The position numbers and the translations under genes are program-made. This document shows, piece after piece, positions 10,668 through 23,950 of a stretch of 64,000 nucleotides of DNA (positions are counted from its first letter, which is position 1; every line of letters starts with the position of its first letter). The DNA is taken from the NCBI GenBank assembly GCA_002189035.1, contig NEEC01000002.1, positions 4,836,001 to 4,900,000 on the forward strand, given 5' to 3'. The stretch is from Utricularia gibba (taxonomy: Eukaryota; Plantae; Magnoliophyta). The notes under the pieces were generated by a model. It saw only the letters and a program-made list of their open reading frames with translations, was not told the origin of the DNA and ran no database searches.

Positions 10668-13317
10668 TGTTAAGTCTCATTGGCAAATCTTATCCTTTGA
10701 TGTTTTCCTTGAATTGTGATCAAGTTTACATCATTGATAAAATCATCTACTTGATCTATGTGCTATCAAAATTATGATGAGATCATAATGTGAGATTCTT
10801 CAAGCACTCATGCTCAAGTTAAAAAACTCCCTGGCTAGAGTATTTGTGAAATGAGTATATCACAAATACGGATAAGCTGGCACACATTGAGTTCCCTAAA
10901 CTGTTTAGGAAATGGTTCTCACAATTGATATAATGAGATTACTAAAACCTATGTGTGGGTGTTGATTAGAGAATCGATTCACTGGATGTCTCATCTTCGA
11001 GATGCTACTATGGGAAGCTAACCAAGTGTCAGTAGCAAGATCTCGAATATGACAGCCGTACAAGTAAGCATAGACTTGAGGTCAACAAAGTTATCTTGAT
11101 CTTAAGCTCACATTTTCGCTCATTGCTAACGGGAGCCTAACCATGGCTTGCCTAGTATGGATGAGTAGGGATGTGACTCCTTAAGGTTGGAGATAGTTGA
11201 TTGATCAATAAAGAATTCATCACTCATGTTAGCGATGAGATCATATCTCAAGTAATTGCATCAAAGCCTAACAGTAAGTCCTGGGCCCAGGGTAATGACA
11301 CTAGAATTGTTTGAGTAGGTCATTAAGTATTAGTGTTTGAATGCGATTATAAGTTCGATACATCATAAAGAAACACACCCATGTTCTAGTATCGAATGAG
11401 ATATAAATATCATGAAAGCTGTTCATTGCATGATGGTTGGTCATGGAAAGGCTCAATCAGTTCACCTTATAATTCTTTAATCTTGGGGATCATGATATGT
11501 TGTTAGACATCACTCATGATCGATAATGATGGATTTGATTAATTAAGAGTTAATTAATAAATCTATGATTACGGCCTTGATTGAGGAAGCCTATAGGGTC
11601 ACACACAATAGTGGAGTCACTCATCGATATAAAATAGAATGACACAATTACATGAGATGTAATTGGTAAAGTGGATAAATTAAATAGAGAGTTATTTTGA
11701 GAATAATATTGATTAAACTCAAAATAAAAGATCTCATATAGATATGATTTGATAAGTCACAAAATATCTATCAAAAAGATTTAGATCTTGAGATCTGCTC
11801 CAAAGGTCTTCGTGCTCTCTGAGACTGATCGACAAGGGGGCATTTTTCTCTACTAGCACCTGAGAAATTCGAAAAGCATTCAAGAGCCTTGAGAAAGTTA
11901 TCGACGGAGTGCTTCACGTGTGGATACCATAGAGGCCGTCTGCTATTGGCGGTTGGTGAACAACGGAGTCCTCTGAAAGGTATTTTGATTATCCCTGAAT
12001 CTGACGTATACCGTATTCCAAGATCTGCGATTGGGGTTTCTCAAAAATTTTAAAATTCCGCTGCTTTTGAGACATACGATATCTACGAGAAACCCAACAC
12101 ATTTTCTATATCTAAATGTTATTAAAGTTGTTTAGTTAAGAGTCTTTAATATAAGTTTTAAGTTTTATTTAAATTAGAGTAATTATTTTAATAAATGTGT
12201 TTTATAACTAATGTTTTAGCTTAGTTTTGCTGAAATTTTGTTAGAGGCAAACATGTGGAAAAAAGAAGAGAAATGAGGAATTATAACGCAACAAAATAGA
12301 TCTTTCCGTATATTATTCTCTTTGATTTCCGGAAGAATGCAAATGTCTAATGATGAGTCTTGGCGTGCAAAACACGGGAGCTTCTAATAGAAGAAATCAT
12401 GAGTGTAGCAGTGTTAGAGCAAGAAGTCCCTTGCAAGTCACTCAAGACCACAACAGAATTAGAAGAACATGAAATTCAAATAGAAGAAAAATGTAATTCA
12501 AGTTTTAGTTTTAAACTTTGCTTTTTGTTTGTTGCTTCACATGGTCCTTTGTTTCTAGGTTGGAAGACTCCCACCTCTACGTTTCATTAGTTAGTATCTA
12601 CTTCTTCAATGAATTTGATTGGATTTCATATGTCTCTACACAATTACATTAAAGTTTAATTTTGAAATTATCTCTTATTCAACATTTATGATTAGCTGCC
12701 CATTGCCTACGAGCTTTGAAGAGTAAGAAAACACCAACTCAAACCCTTTTTCTTTGAGGGAGACAATGTTTTGTTTGTGACCATACTTTAGGATAGATAG
12801 TAACCTCGTATTTGAACTCATTGGGTCATTGCCAACACTCAGACACACATGCAAAATTCGATCATGAGGGTAACAATGGCTAGACCTCTTATTTTTATGT
12901 TCATCCAAGGGGGAGTAACATTAAGCAATTCTCATGCCTTCTTGCAATAGAATGTAAGGAAAGGTAAGCAATTCCTTATCTCCATAATTGAATACTCGAG
13001 AAGATCAGAAAAAAGTGAAGACATAATGGATGTAGCTAGCTAGAATTCCAATCTCAAGATCAACTCTTTATTTAAGGTTTATAGCTTAAGTTCACTTCTA
13101 TTGTTTATCTTATTGTTTCTTTATTCAAATTGCATCATTAATGTTTCTACTGTCTTTTATTTAATAAACCCGTTTACAAAATCGTGATAGTTTGTATTCG
13201 ATGTAAACCTCACCATTCCCTTGAAAATTGACTCCTTGCTATTGACACAATTACTATGCTTTTAGTGTTTCATGAGTTAAGAATCTATTCAATTTTTTTG
13301 TAGAATGACATGCATCA
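10668..13317 (+). mobile_element. Solo LTR related to the 8553-9763 and 58261-59586 LTRs, TSD AGTAC, carrying a nested copia LTR
   Basis: Starts TGTTAAGT and ends GACATGCATCA. AGTAC at 10663-10667 and 13318-13322. 12100-13317 is a diverged reverse-complement match to the 58261 LTR. Confidence 0.8.
10676..12099 (+). mobile_element. Angela-like Ty1/copia LTR (5'-clipped), nested
   Basis: Clearly homologous to 20729-22179 over ~1.4 kb. Ends TTCCGCTGC...GAAACCCAACA. Confidence 0.7.
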
Positions 13318-14249
13318 AGTACAATTTTTTTCTACAGATCAACACGGTTGCTCTCTTGCATATCATATTTTATGGGTTGAACTTTTCATACTAAGCTCTT
13401 CTTTGATGTCACCCTTCAATTCCGCAATCATATATCAAATAAAATTGATGTATTTTAATCATACATCAATATAAAAATAATGATTTGCAAAATTTAACAA
13501 AATTACGTTATAAATATTTATATAGATGAACATAATAGATATATTAGTTGAAAATTGAAATTCAATGGAAAAATGGATTTTCTATCGAATCGAGAGAAAA
13601 ACCAGAAAAAAATTATCTCAGTTTGATGTAAAGGATTAATTTACATTGAGATGAGAAAATTTTAATTAAAAAAATATTTATATTGGAACGATTTGTGATG
13701 AGCTCAATGTAAAAAATATAATTACATCGAGCTGGTTGGTAAAAATATATAAGGTTGATGCCAATCAGCAATTATTATACCTCATTAATAAAATGATTAT
13801 TTTTTTGAAATTCATCTAATAACAAGTTAAAACAACTTCAATAACACAACTTTTATTTTTTCGAAGAAAAGCATTAAATAAGTTATTAAGTATCTAATCG
13901 TGACGATGTGTGGGTTGATGAGATGTTCTGACATTGTTTGATCAAAAACTCTAACCTTCAAATAGCATCTATATAGATGATCAGGATGGCTAAGAATAGT
14001 TTTTTATATTACATTGGGAGGGAACGTCAATCGATACTTGGTGCTTGATAGGTAGACTTGGTGATGTGTGTTGGATGTGTGGTATACCTTCTTTATTATC
14101 TCTTGAACTTCGTCTTCTTTCTCTCATATCCATTCTCATTAGAAATCGAGTAGTTCTACTCCGACCTAACTTAGTTGGCTTTTTACAGGATGCATCATGC
14201 ATGAGCTTGAATGGTGCTGGGGTCCATTGAAATTCTACTCGCAACGATT

Positions 14250-15347
14250 AAAATTGTGTTTAATGCACATTAATCTGCCTTTCAAGTGAAAATAGAGGTA
14301 TGATGAAGGCTCGTGGGTCAACTCCTAATCGCTTTGCATGCTTGTTGTACATGTGAATATAGAACCCTGAAATTTTGCTACTTTCTATATGTGCATATAC
14401 CATGCTTTACTCGCTCTAGGTAAATCTTTCCTTGTTACCCTCCTTTGGTCATATATCTCCACAGATGGATGTAATATGCCCTGATTCCAAAATTTGTACA
14501 ACTAAGATGGATTTTTGGTGAATTGTAGTCTTTGATAATATTGTTGTAAGGTCTTAGATAATCAGTTTGTGAAATAATTCTTGTACCTTATGAATATTGT
14601 CTATATTTTATTAGAAAAAAACATTAGATATAAGAGTATAAGATTATATCAAATACGTACTAAGCAATACCTATGCCAATGCAGTTATTAGAAGGTGTTC
14701 TGTCTCACGTAGTACATCATCTATACTATTGACTTGATTGTTAGTCATGGTTACAAATCTAAAGGTGTTTGAGAAATGTTAATTTTTTATGGAAATAATA
14801 GAATTATTATAATATCTTACCTTTTTCTCCTATCATGTGACATCGTTCATAATTCTGGAGGGAGCATAGACAAATAGTGCCAAACACCAATGTGAAAATC
14901 TTTGATTTGGTGCATGTAAAAGTTGAATTTCTTACAGCTTTGGAGAATGTGTCTCTTAGTCGTGGATGCTTGTATTTATCTACAAGATTTACCCTTAGTT
15001 GATGGATATACCATCTATGACATCCATCATTTGTAGGCTTAAAGGCGTGAACTCGTTCCGCTACCTTTTTAATGCAATCACATCTATAAGATATTAGGCA
15101 TGTAGGTCTATTTTGAACAACATACTTGCTGAATAGTTGGAAAAACCACATCTATGAATCATCTATTTCTTCATAATTAATAGTAAAAGTGGAACACATT
15201 TGAAAAATCTATTGAGAGTGATCACAATCAACATCTTGTAACTCTAATGTGCATATAGATGAATTGCATCGATTGATACCATCGACCGACACCATCTCTA
15301 TGCTTGAATACAGGGTCCAAGTATCCAAAATATGTAGTGCAACACAT
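14250..15347 (-). pseudogene. MULE (Mutator-like) transposase relic, DDE/C-terminal half
   Basis: Reads HYIFWILGPCIQA*RWCRSMVSIDAIHLY and LISYRCDCIKKV..HRWYIHQLRVNL, matching MULE FW.LGPCI..F..CRP.ISID.THL and ISDRH.GI..HR.C..HL motifs. Confidence 0.85.
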
Positions 15348-16749
15348 TAGAGATGCAACCAATTTTGAACTGTATGGTTTCGGTTCGAAATCGCATGGTT
15401 CCAGTGAACCATCAATCCATAAATCATGGTTCGCCGTAGACAACAAGTTTCAATTTCGGTTTGGAACTGGATTCTAAAACCTTGAATTGAACAAAAACCA
15501 GAGCCAACACCTTGGTGTTTCGCTTCAAAACAAAAATCGAAAACCTCAAACCGAACTGCAATCGATCGATTACTATTTGAATGCATTTTCCAAGCACCCA
15601 TATGAACCATCTTGATTGTTTGGGAATGATATTTTTAATGTTAGAAAATGATATATTTAACATTTTTAATTTTTATATTTTACCGGATATACTATTTAAT
15701 TTACAAAATACCTTAATTTAGAATAGTTTTTGTAAAATACCCCATAATCAAAATCAATATAATTTGTAAGTTAAATGAATGAAATAAATGATTCAAATGA
15801 TATAATTATCAACAATTGAAAATATATATGATAAAGTTAAATTTTTTTGAAACAAATATAATAAGATCACAAATAATAGAAAACAAATAAATGTATTTCT
15901 TTACACTTATTTTAAATTTAAAGAGATAATTTTTATATAATGTTTCTGAAATCTAATCTATTTTGTAAATTAAAATCAAAATATCATCTAAATCTAAATC
16001 GAATCTATTTGATAAATTTTTTCTAAACCTCACCTATATTGGAAACCAAAATAAAAAAGTACATTGAATCAAGCATTTAACACCTATCTTGCACAACCGT
16101 TTTTAGATATTCTTAACAGTTGCTAAGGGTGTCTAGAAAGATCCTAAGAACCCTTAGGAACGAATATGAGTGTCTGGCAATTTGACAACCAGAAAGGATG
16201 CACTGCCTAGGAGCACTTAACAATGGTTGTGGATGTCCAGAATTGATACAAGGTGCTCTTAGAAATCATTATGAGTGCTTGGGAATTGATCTCACAGATC
16301 GTTGGAACATATTTCAGACAATTAAATGGTATATTACGAAGTTAATTCTAACAACGACATAATTATCTTCTAGGGAAAAAAGTTAATAACGAAAGTATTC
16401 CAACTACAACATAATTGTTCACAATATGAGGGGTCGTCCTATTCAGTTTTCATTGACAAAGCTTGGAACATCATGAGCAAATAGTAGCATTTCAAGGAAA
16501 GTCCGTATCTCACCATCAATATTTAGTGATGCATTATCCCTATTGGTGTGCACATAGGGGGATTGGAAAAATAGCATTATTTTCCTTAAAAATGTAGGGT
16601 TAATTTTGATATATAACCAAGTGTATGCTAGATGGGAATAGCAAAAATGACTTATCAGATTTTTTATTGACTTGAGAGGTGAGTCATCAATTAAGAGGGA
16701 ATTGTAACGGTATTACCTTATGTTCAACCCACTCATGACAACCCATACA

Positions 16750-17250
16750 TGACTCATATGAATAATGAGTTTATTGAATAATGAAGGTTGAAAGACCCAT
16801 TGAATGATTGGTTGCAGCTGGTCCCTACAAAAGACGGCATATGTGAGGTATTTGCATAGTTGTAAAAATGAAAAATATGATGTAGCACACACACCTGCCA
16901 CGAGATGACCATATGAAAATATCAATATTATCCATATATTATCAAATAAAGTCATGGGCATATGAATGTAGATAGCCTGCATACATTAGGTGAAAAAGTT
17001 TTGATGATATCTCATAAAGTCTTAATATATATAAGAGATAAAAATATGTGTTGTGCTAATGAAAAAGGACATTATTGGCCATATATTATTTTATCTAAAG
17101 GGATTCATGATCTTGATGGTCCAGCCTTGAATATGATGTTTGTGAACACACCATTTACATCCAAGATAATCAACTTCTGTTGTGGCTCGGAAGCACTAAA
17201 AAATAGTTCAATGTATGCCCAACTCTCATACCAATTCAGCTTGTAGTGAA
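16750..17250 (-). pseudogene. Possible FCP1/NIF-type HAD phosphatase gene fragment inside the hAT
   Basis: QQKLIILDVNGVFTNI resembles the KKLLVLD(L/I)NGLL.DI start of plant FCP1-homology proteins, with VFCR downstream. Short and degenerate. Confidence 0.35.
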
Positions 17251-17730
17251 GGTCTTTATTTTCCTTTATTATAAATGCAAATCTATCATGCACATCATTA
17301 ACATCATGCGTGTGCGAACCTTCTACATCATTAGCATCCCATGTTCTTGCATCCCTAAACACAACTTCATCCTTTTTATTGCTCTAGAATTCTTCAATAC
17401 ACTACATAAATAACGTTTTGTCCCTGATGCATCCACAAAGAGTGGTAAAATTTCACTAAAATTTCTGTGCATGCTTGAAAATTGAAGTATAAAATCTTGT
17501 GCATATTTTTTTTATGCAAGGTAACAAATCCTATAATAATAATATGGAAACAAAAATATAAAATATTTTTTTTAGCATTTCTCCTAAATATACATTGAAA
17601 GATATACCTTTGATCTTGCCTACTTCGCTAAAATTAGGGTGCGTTTGAGGAAACTTATGTTCCATTGAAGACATCCAAATGAAACTTGTCCACTATTTTT
17701 CAAATTCTCTTCTCACACCTTTCACTAACA

Positions 17731-17943
17731 TCAGACCTTTTTTCTCTTAAGTGTGTAGTGATTCGTGTTGTGAGTCCTAGAGCATGCACTCACAACCAAA
17801 AAATACTGAAGTTCCATTTCAAAAGACAACTCCTCGCAAATACTCACAAATGCCAACACATATGAAATAGATCTTGGAGTCAAATGAGACAAATGAATCT
17901 CTGAACATTCTAATATCTCTTCTAAAAATGGCAACAATGACAA
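17731..17943 (-). pseudogene. Fragment of a 'putative gypsy-type transposon' (Transposase_28-like; Tat/Retand accessory ORF)
   Basis: PFLEEILECSEIHLSHLTPRSISYVLAFVSICEEL matches the PF...L....I...QL.PNS...L..F..LCE pattern. Confidence 0.55.
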
Positions 17944-18729
17944 TCATAAATCACAATAAGAATGCTCCATGCTCAATGCAAATCTCATTGAACCTACATG
18001 GATTGGAAGTTCCTATCAATTCATCAAGTTCTTCGTCCCAAACCTCATGCTCATTCAGTTTCAAGAATCTATTTCTCAATTTTTCAGAAGTTTGCATCTA
18101 CAAACATCCATAAATTATTGTATGAGAAATCGAACTATATTCCACAAGGGTATTTCAATTTGGAACATAGTTTAGCAACTCATGGTGAATAATAAAGCAC
18201 TTACCTTGTTTAATTTTCTCAATATTGAAAGTAGGAGGAATGGGGTGTTCGGTCACTTTCGCTTTGGGGGAAGTGGTAAGAAAATTTCTTACCAAGGCCT
18301 ACGGTTATTTTCATTGGCAGTGTGGACAAAGTGGGAACTGGGAGTGCGAGACGTGTAACATTTTCTATGGGTTTGCCGCGATCAATTTTATTAACCAAAT
18401 CATAGGGTAATCATATGGCGTAATGATTACATTAAATTGTAAAAAATTTTGGTAGTAATTACTTGTCATTTTCAGGTGGGAAGAGTTGCTCGGTTCTAAT
18501 TAAGTGAACCCAAAGCATAATTCTTCTTTTCGAATGATTTACACAAGATTCCGGACATAATGTTATTAATAATTAGTCTAATTTTTATGATGCACCCAGA
18601 TCTACTACTGTGGGTGATGCATATAGTCTATTGTAAGAGCTTGCGAATATCTTAGTTTTTTAATTTTATGTGTGATCCATTGAAAGCGATTATTCATAAT
18701 GGAACATTTTATTTGTATAGTTGAAACAA

Positions 18730-20530
18730 TTTGTCTACTATCACTCAAGATATCATATGCATGCCTCTAAGATCTATGCGTTCAATTTGGAATGCTTGCA
18801 ATTAAGAACTCATCCCTCTACACTTAAAGTACTTTCAGATGCAACTATAGACGTTGAAGGTATTAGAAGATCTTTCTCCATTCTAACCAAAATGAGATAA
18901 GTAGTAGAATTTGTCTTCCATCAACCTAAGATATTAAAGTTATTATCATCAACACCCTCAACAATTGAAGTATTATTGTATAATGTAATTTGATTAACAT
19001 AATTAAAAAAGATGATGAAGAGCATAAAATAAATGAGTTATGTTTCCTACAAATAATGTCCATCGGATTGCAACTTTGAAACATCGAATTATTATATGTT
19101 TTAGGAATAGGAACACTAAAATCAATATATCTAATTGAATAAAAGACTACATAGCACACATAGATTATTAGCATCTACATCTATGTCTTCATAATTATTA
19201 ATAGAAAGAGCAACATCATCTGCATTAAGAGATTCAGAAATGCATTTAAATAAAGTTCACACCTCTATATTTAACCCACGGATCCAAAATCGGTGCAATA
19301 AGAAAAAAATGTGGGATTTCATCGAATTATTTCAAAAACTTATTTTTCATATTTCATAATACATTCCCCAAAAAAATCACAATTATCTTGATGATCATAA
19401 AATACAAACGAAATTTTAAAAATACATGAAATCACTAGTTTAGAAGTTGGATAATTTTTGTGCAAGAGTAAAATGTTTCTAATAAATTCACTAAATTTTT
19501 TATTTTTTCAAAAATAGAATGAGTTAATAAATTATAATCCATTAAAGATTTACAAAATTCTATAAGAACATTTTCATAAGAATTAAAAAACTACAATATA
19601 TCATATGTAAAAATCCATCTAATTGGACAATCACTTTTAAATTTGCGATAAGAAATATTTTTTTCGTGACAAATCCTTTTAAAATACTCTCTTCTATTAG
19701 ATGTACTTTTATTTGTACTAACTAAATCATGAACATGAGTTGAAAAATTTCACGTTCTTTCAAATCTTCGTGAACACATAAATTTAAAATATGAGAAGTG
19801 TGCCTAGTGTGGAAAAAATGCTATTTAACATAAGATTCATACTATTCTTCAAAATCTCAATGGCGTTTGTGTTCGTAGACACGTTATCCAAAGAAATATA
19901 AAAAATCCTAACAGAAATTCCATAAAATACCATGACTTTTATATATGAGTTTTGTAATAGAAAAACTGTTATGTGGTGATATCCATTTTCTAAAAACTAA
20001 AATTCATTATTACATATACAAAAAATTATCCACCTAAGAATAAGTAATAACAATATAACTTTTATTGTTGCAACCTTTCGATTATCACAAATTAAACAAA
20101 AATATCATTGTAAAGATTTAAAAGTAGAAATTAAAGGGTCACACATCTTTTAAAAATTCTCAAGTGCAATATCGCAAGCGGTTTTTCTAAAAAATTCTTT
20201 TGTAGCACAATTGCACTTGTTTTAACATATCATAATAAAAAGGTTTTTCAGGTAATGAAAAAAAAGTTCATTAAGTATCAAATAACGCACTACAATAATT
20301 TGAAAAAGTTTATAATCTAAAAAAAATTGGATAATCTCATACTATTATCATCCTCTAAATATAATCTAATTTGACGAGATTGAGGTAATTTATCATTATT
20401 TTTCTCTCTAACATGCCTTTTATATGTATCAAATCTCTAATTCTTTTTGAAAGTGTATTCTATACAAAAATACTTGCAAGTAAGTTTTCCAAGATTAGAA
20501 ACAACAAAATGATCTCAAATATCCAAAAAA
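18730..20530 (-). pseudogene. Decayed Ac-like hAT transposase, near full length
   Basis: Motifs in the expected order on the minus strand: BED finger (I*DHF..KLTCKY..KRHV), SLDNVSTN, FHTRHTSHILNLCVHEDL, DCPIRWIFTY, ILDPWVK, FNILG*WKTNSTTY and VASESTLS (dimerisation domain). Confidence 0.85.
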
Positions 20531-20728
20531 TCATCATTATTATTTTTCATTTTATTTATGACATAGAAGACTCGATGAGCTAGAAGAACTTACTTCTTAA
20601 AGATTAGAAAAATCATCATGTTGAGATAACGGACCACATTCAAGATGCTGCGAAAATTAACGTTCTTTCTAAAAAATATTTCTATCATTTTCAAAAACAC
20701 AAGGTATGGTAGAATTTGCTTAAGAAGG

Positions 20729-22179
20729 TGTTGGTGTATGTGTTCTAAACACAATCAACTCATTGACAAATCTTATAGAAATTATGATCTATGTGCTATA
20801 GAAATTATGATGAAATCATAATGTGAGATTCTTCAAGTACTTATACTCAAGTTAAAAACTCCCTAACTAGAGTATTTCTAAAATGAGGATATCACAAATA
20901 TTGATAAACTGGCACACATTGAGTTCCCTAAACTGTTTAGGCAATAATTCTCACAATTGATGTAATGAGATTAATAGAACCTATGTGTGGGTGTTGATTA
21001 GAGAATCGATTCATTGGATGACTCATCTTCGAGATGCTACTATGAGAAGCTAACCAAGTGTCAGTAGCAAGATTTCAAATATGACAACCGTGCAAGTAAG
21101 CTTAGACTTGAAGTCAACAAAGTTATATTGATCTTAAGCTCACATTTTCACTCATTACTAATGGCAGCCTAACCATGGCTTGCCTAGTATGGATTAGTAG
21201 GGATATCACTCCTTAAGGCTGAAGATATTTGATTGATCAATAAAGGATTCATCATTCATGTTAGCGATGAGATCATATCTTAAGTAATTGCATCAAAGCC
21301 TAACAGTAAGTCCTGGACCCAGGGTAATGGCACTCGAATTGTTTGAGTAGGTCATTAAGTATTAGTGCTTAAATGCGATTATAAGTTCGATACATTAGAA
21401 AAACACACACCCATGTTCTAGTATCGAATGAGATATAAATATCATGAAAGCTGTTCATTGCATGATGGCTGGTTATGGAAAGGCTCAATCAGTTCACTTG
21501 ATTATTCTTTAATCTTGGGGATCATGATATGTTGCTAGACATCACTCATGATCGATAATGATGGATTTGATTAATTAAGGGTTAATTAATAAACCCATTA
21601 TTACGGCCTTGATTGAAGAAGCCTATAGGGTCACACAAAATAGTGGAGCCACTTATCGATATAAAATAGAATGACACAATTATATGAGATGTAATTGGTA
21701 AAGTGGATAAATTAAATAAAGAGTTATTTTGAGATTAATATTGATTAAACTCAAAATAAAAGATCTTGTATAGATAAGATTTGGAGTATATATATATCCC
21801 CACAAGATGAGATCTTTATGTAGATTTGATTTGATATGTTACTAAATATCTATTAAAAAAATTTGATTTGTAGAGATCTTCCCACATCTTAGTTCTCTCT
21901 GAGATTGGTGTACAAGGGGGCGATTTTCACTACTAACACCTAAAGAGATCGACCACCATTCTACAACCTTAAGAAGATTATCGACAGAGTGCTTCACCTG
22001 TGGATACCATAGAGGCTGTCTGCTATTAGTGGTTAGTGAACAACGGAGTGTTCTGAAAGGTATTCGCAATATCCCGTTATCTGATGTATACCGTATTCCA
22101 AGATCTATGTTTCGGGTTTCTCAAAAATTTTTAAATTCCACTACACTGAAGACACACGATGTCTACGAGAAACCCAACA
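20729..22179 (+). mobile_element. Angela-like Ty1/copia solo LTR, non-matching flanks
   Basis: TGTTGGTGTATGTG...GAAACCCAACA, homologous to 10676-12099. Flanks are GAAGG and GCACA; no PBS follows. Confidence 0.75.
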
Positions 22180-23229
22180 GCACAAGCATTTAAAAAACAA
22201 GTTATTAGCCCATATATTTATATTCTGGCAAATGAGACATTTCTAACATTCATATACATTAAATAAATTGAAGCTCAATAGTTGAGCAACCCAACCCTTT
22301 TTACTAAAAACTACATGTTTCTTAATGGATTGCATTATTGGCCCATTTTTGCTGACCCGCTGGGCCAACTTGCACTCGTGCACCTTCAACCCATCTCATA
22401 CCCATTTCCAATGGATATAGATAATGGGTCGGACCCATCACGGATCAACCCACCGGATATCCAGATTGACCTATATCCGTGACCAGCTCTAAACTGGATC
22501 CATCCATTTTGTTAAACATAAAAAAACAGTATACTATTAGTAGCAAATTATAATGTAAAACTATTACCATGCATAGTTCACTAATGTCGTTCGAAAAGGA
22601 AATTCGAAAGTACCTCCAAACATAAATTGTATGTAGAAGTTGAAATAAAATTATTACTATTATGAGAGAGTAATGGAAAATTCTATGATATCCATGTGAT
22701 ATATGTACATAACTTTTTTATTAAAAATAATATCAATTGATAGTTTTAAAACCATGTGATGACTCATGAGTCTCCACACAGCACACGCACACTAGTCGTT
22801 GGCACTTGGCAACAGCTAGTGTGTGCAATTTTGACATATATATATTTGGTAATTTAATAATTTTTTAATCAAATAATACATTTTATATTTTTTTTTAATC
22901 TCATTCATATTTTATAATATTAGCCCAATAAATTATTCATAATTATTTACAAACATTTTTTATTTGATAATACTTTAAAAAAAAACATGACCATTTTTAT
23001 GTTCTCATATAAATTTATTGAGTATTTGAAATTTTTGAATATTTTAAACCAAACAATACTACTATTCACAATTTGAAACCGTCGATTTGGTCGATTCTGC
23101 ATGGATAAGAACTGATGGTTCCATGGTTACAAATTTGTAGAACCGAACCAAAACCATATAGATGCTCATACCCCAGAACCGAATTGGAATCGGAACCGAA
23201 AGTTCTGATTCGAACCAATTGCACCTTTA

Positions 23230-23950
23230 TCACACATTTCCATTGCAATGTTTCTATTGGACGATGGTGCCAAGATTTTGTAGTACAAACTTTTGTAAGA
23301 AAGAAAGGAGTTTTGGCACATAACTCTCTCAATTATCGAATACATCAATGAATGACTTTCTCAAACCATATCAAGCTATATGGTATGGAATTGTATAATT
23401 CATTGTCTCATTGACAACGGTCATAACCGTGCTTACTTCAATGCTAATATCTTTTTCTATGAGTGGTCTCATTGTACTGGTGATATACCTAACTCCAATA
23501 TTTCGATAATCAAAATATCTTGAACCATCTTGACAATAGATGTGAGGTAATTCTACCACATTAGCATTTCATTGATCATATCTTTTATAGTAAACATCAT
23601 GAATCCTCAATCATCATTCTTGTTGTCTCAACTTATTACAACATAGATTTAAAATATTAGGTTCTGAATCATTAATATTGAACTCAATACCAATTTTAAT
23701 CGAATACTCTAACCCTATGCTATGAAAGTCTTCCTTATTTTTGAAAAAGTGACTTGAGCAATTGAGCATTCAATTTCATCTAATTTTGAAAAATTATCAT
23801 CATCTTCTACACTAACATTAAAATCTAGATCATAATGTAATCCCATTCTCCTTGGTCACCAAAATTAGAAAATTTTATCGATGTCCGGATCATCTAAAAA
23901 AAATTTTTATTGTTAGATTTGAATAACAATAAAATATGATTATTATTATT
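23230..23950 (-). pseudogene. MULE transposase relic, N-terminal (MuDR) half
   Basis: FKNKEDF..EYSIK..EF..SEP..C..LRIH and LIEKDISI..NYTIPYHIA*YG. Rejoins in frame with 15347 after removing the hAT and one TSD copy. Confidence 0.8.

Larger units (their letters stand above)
15348..23229 (-). mobile_element. hAT (Ac-like) DNA transposon, ~7.9 kb, inserted inside the MULE transposase
   Basis: Imperfect 11-bp TIRs (TAGAGATGCAA at 15348; TAAAGGTGCAA read inward from 23229). 8-bp flanks CAACACAT/TCACACAT (6/8). GGTTC/AACCG-rich subterminal regions at both ends and an internal hAT transposase relic. Confidence 0.75.

Noticed and set aside
22380-22491. hAT-like terminus (TAGAGCTGGTCACGGAT on the minus strand)
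   Set aside because: I could not find the partner terminus or a TSD, so no element is called.
22761-22826. 12-bp palindrome GACTCATGAGTC and a CTAG-containing hairpin resembling a Helitron 3' end
   Set aside because: No 5' TC end, helicase relic or second copy seen; short hairpins are expected by chance.
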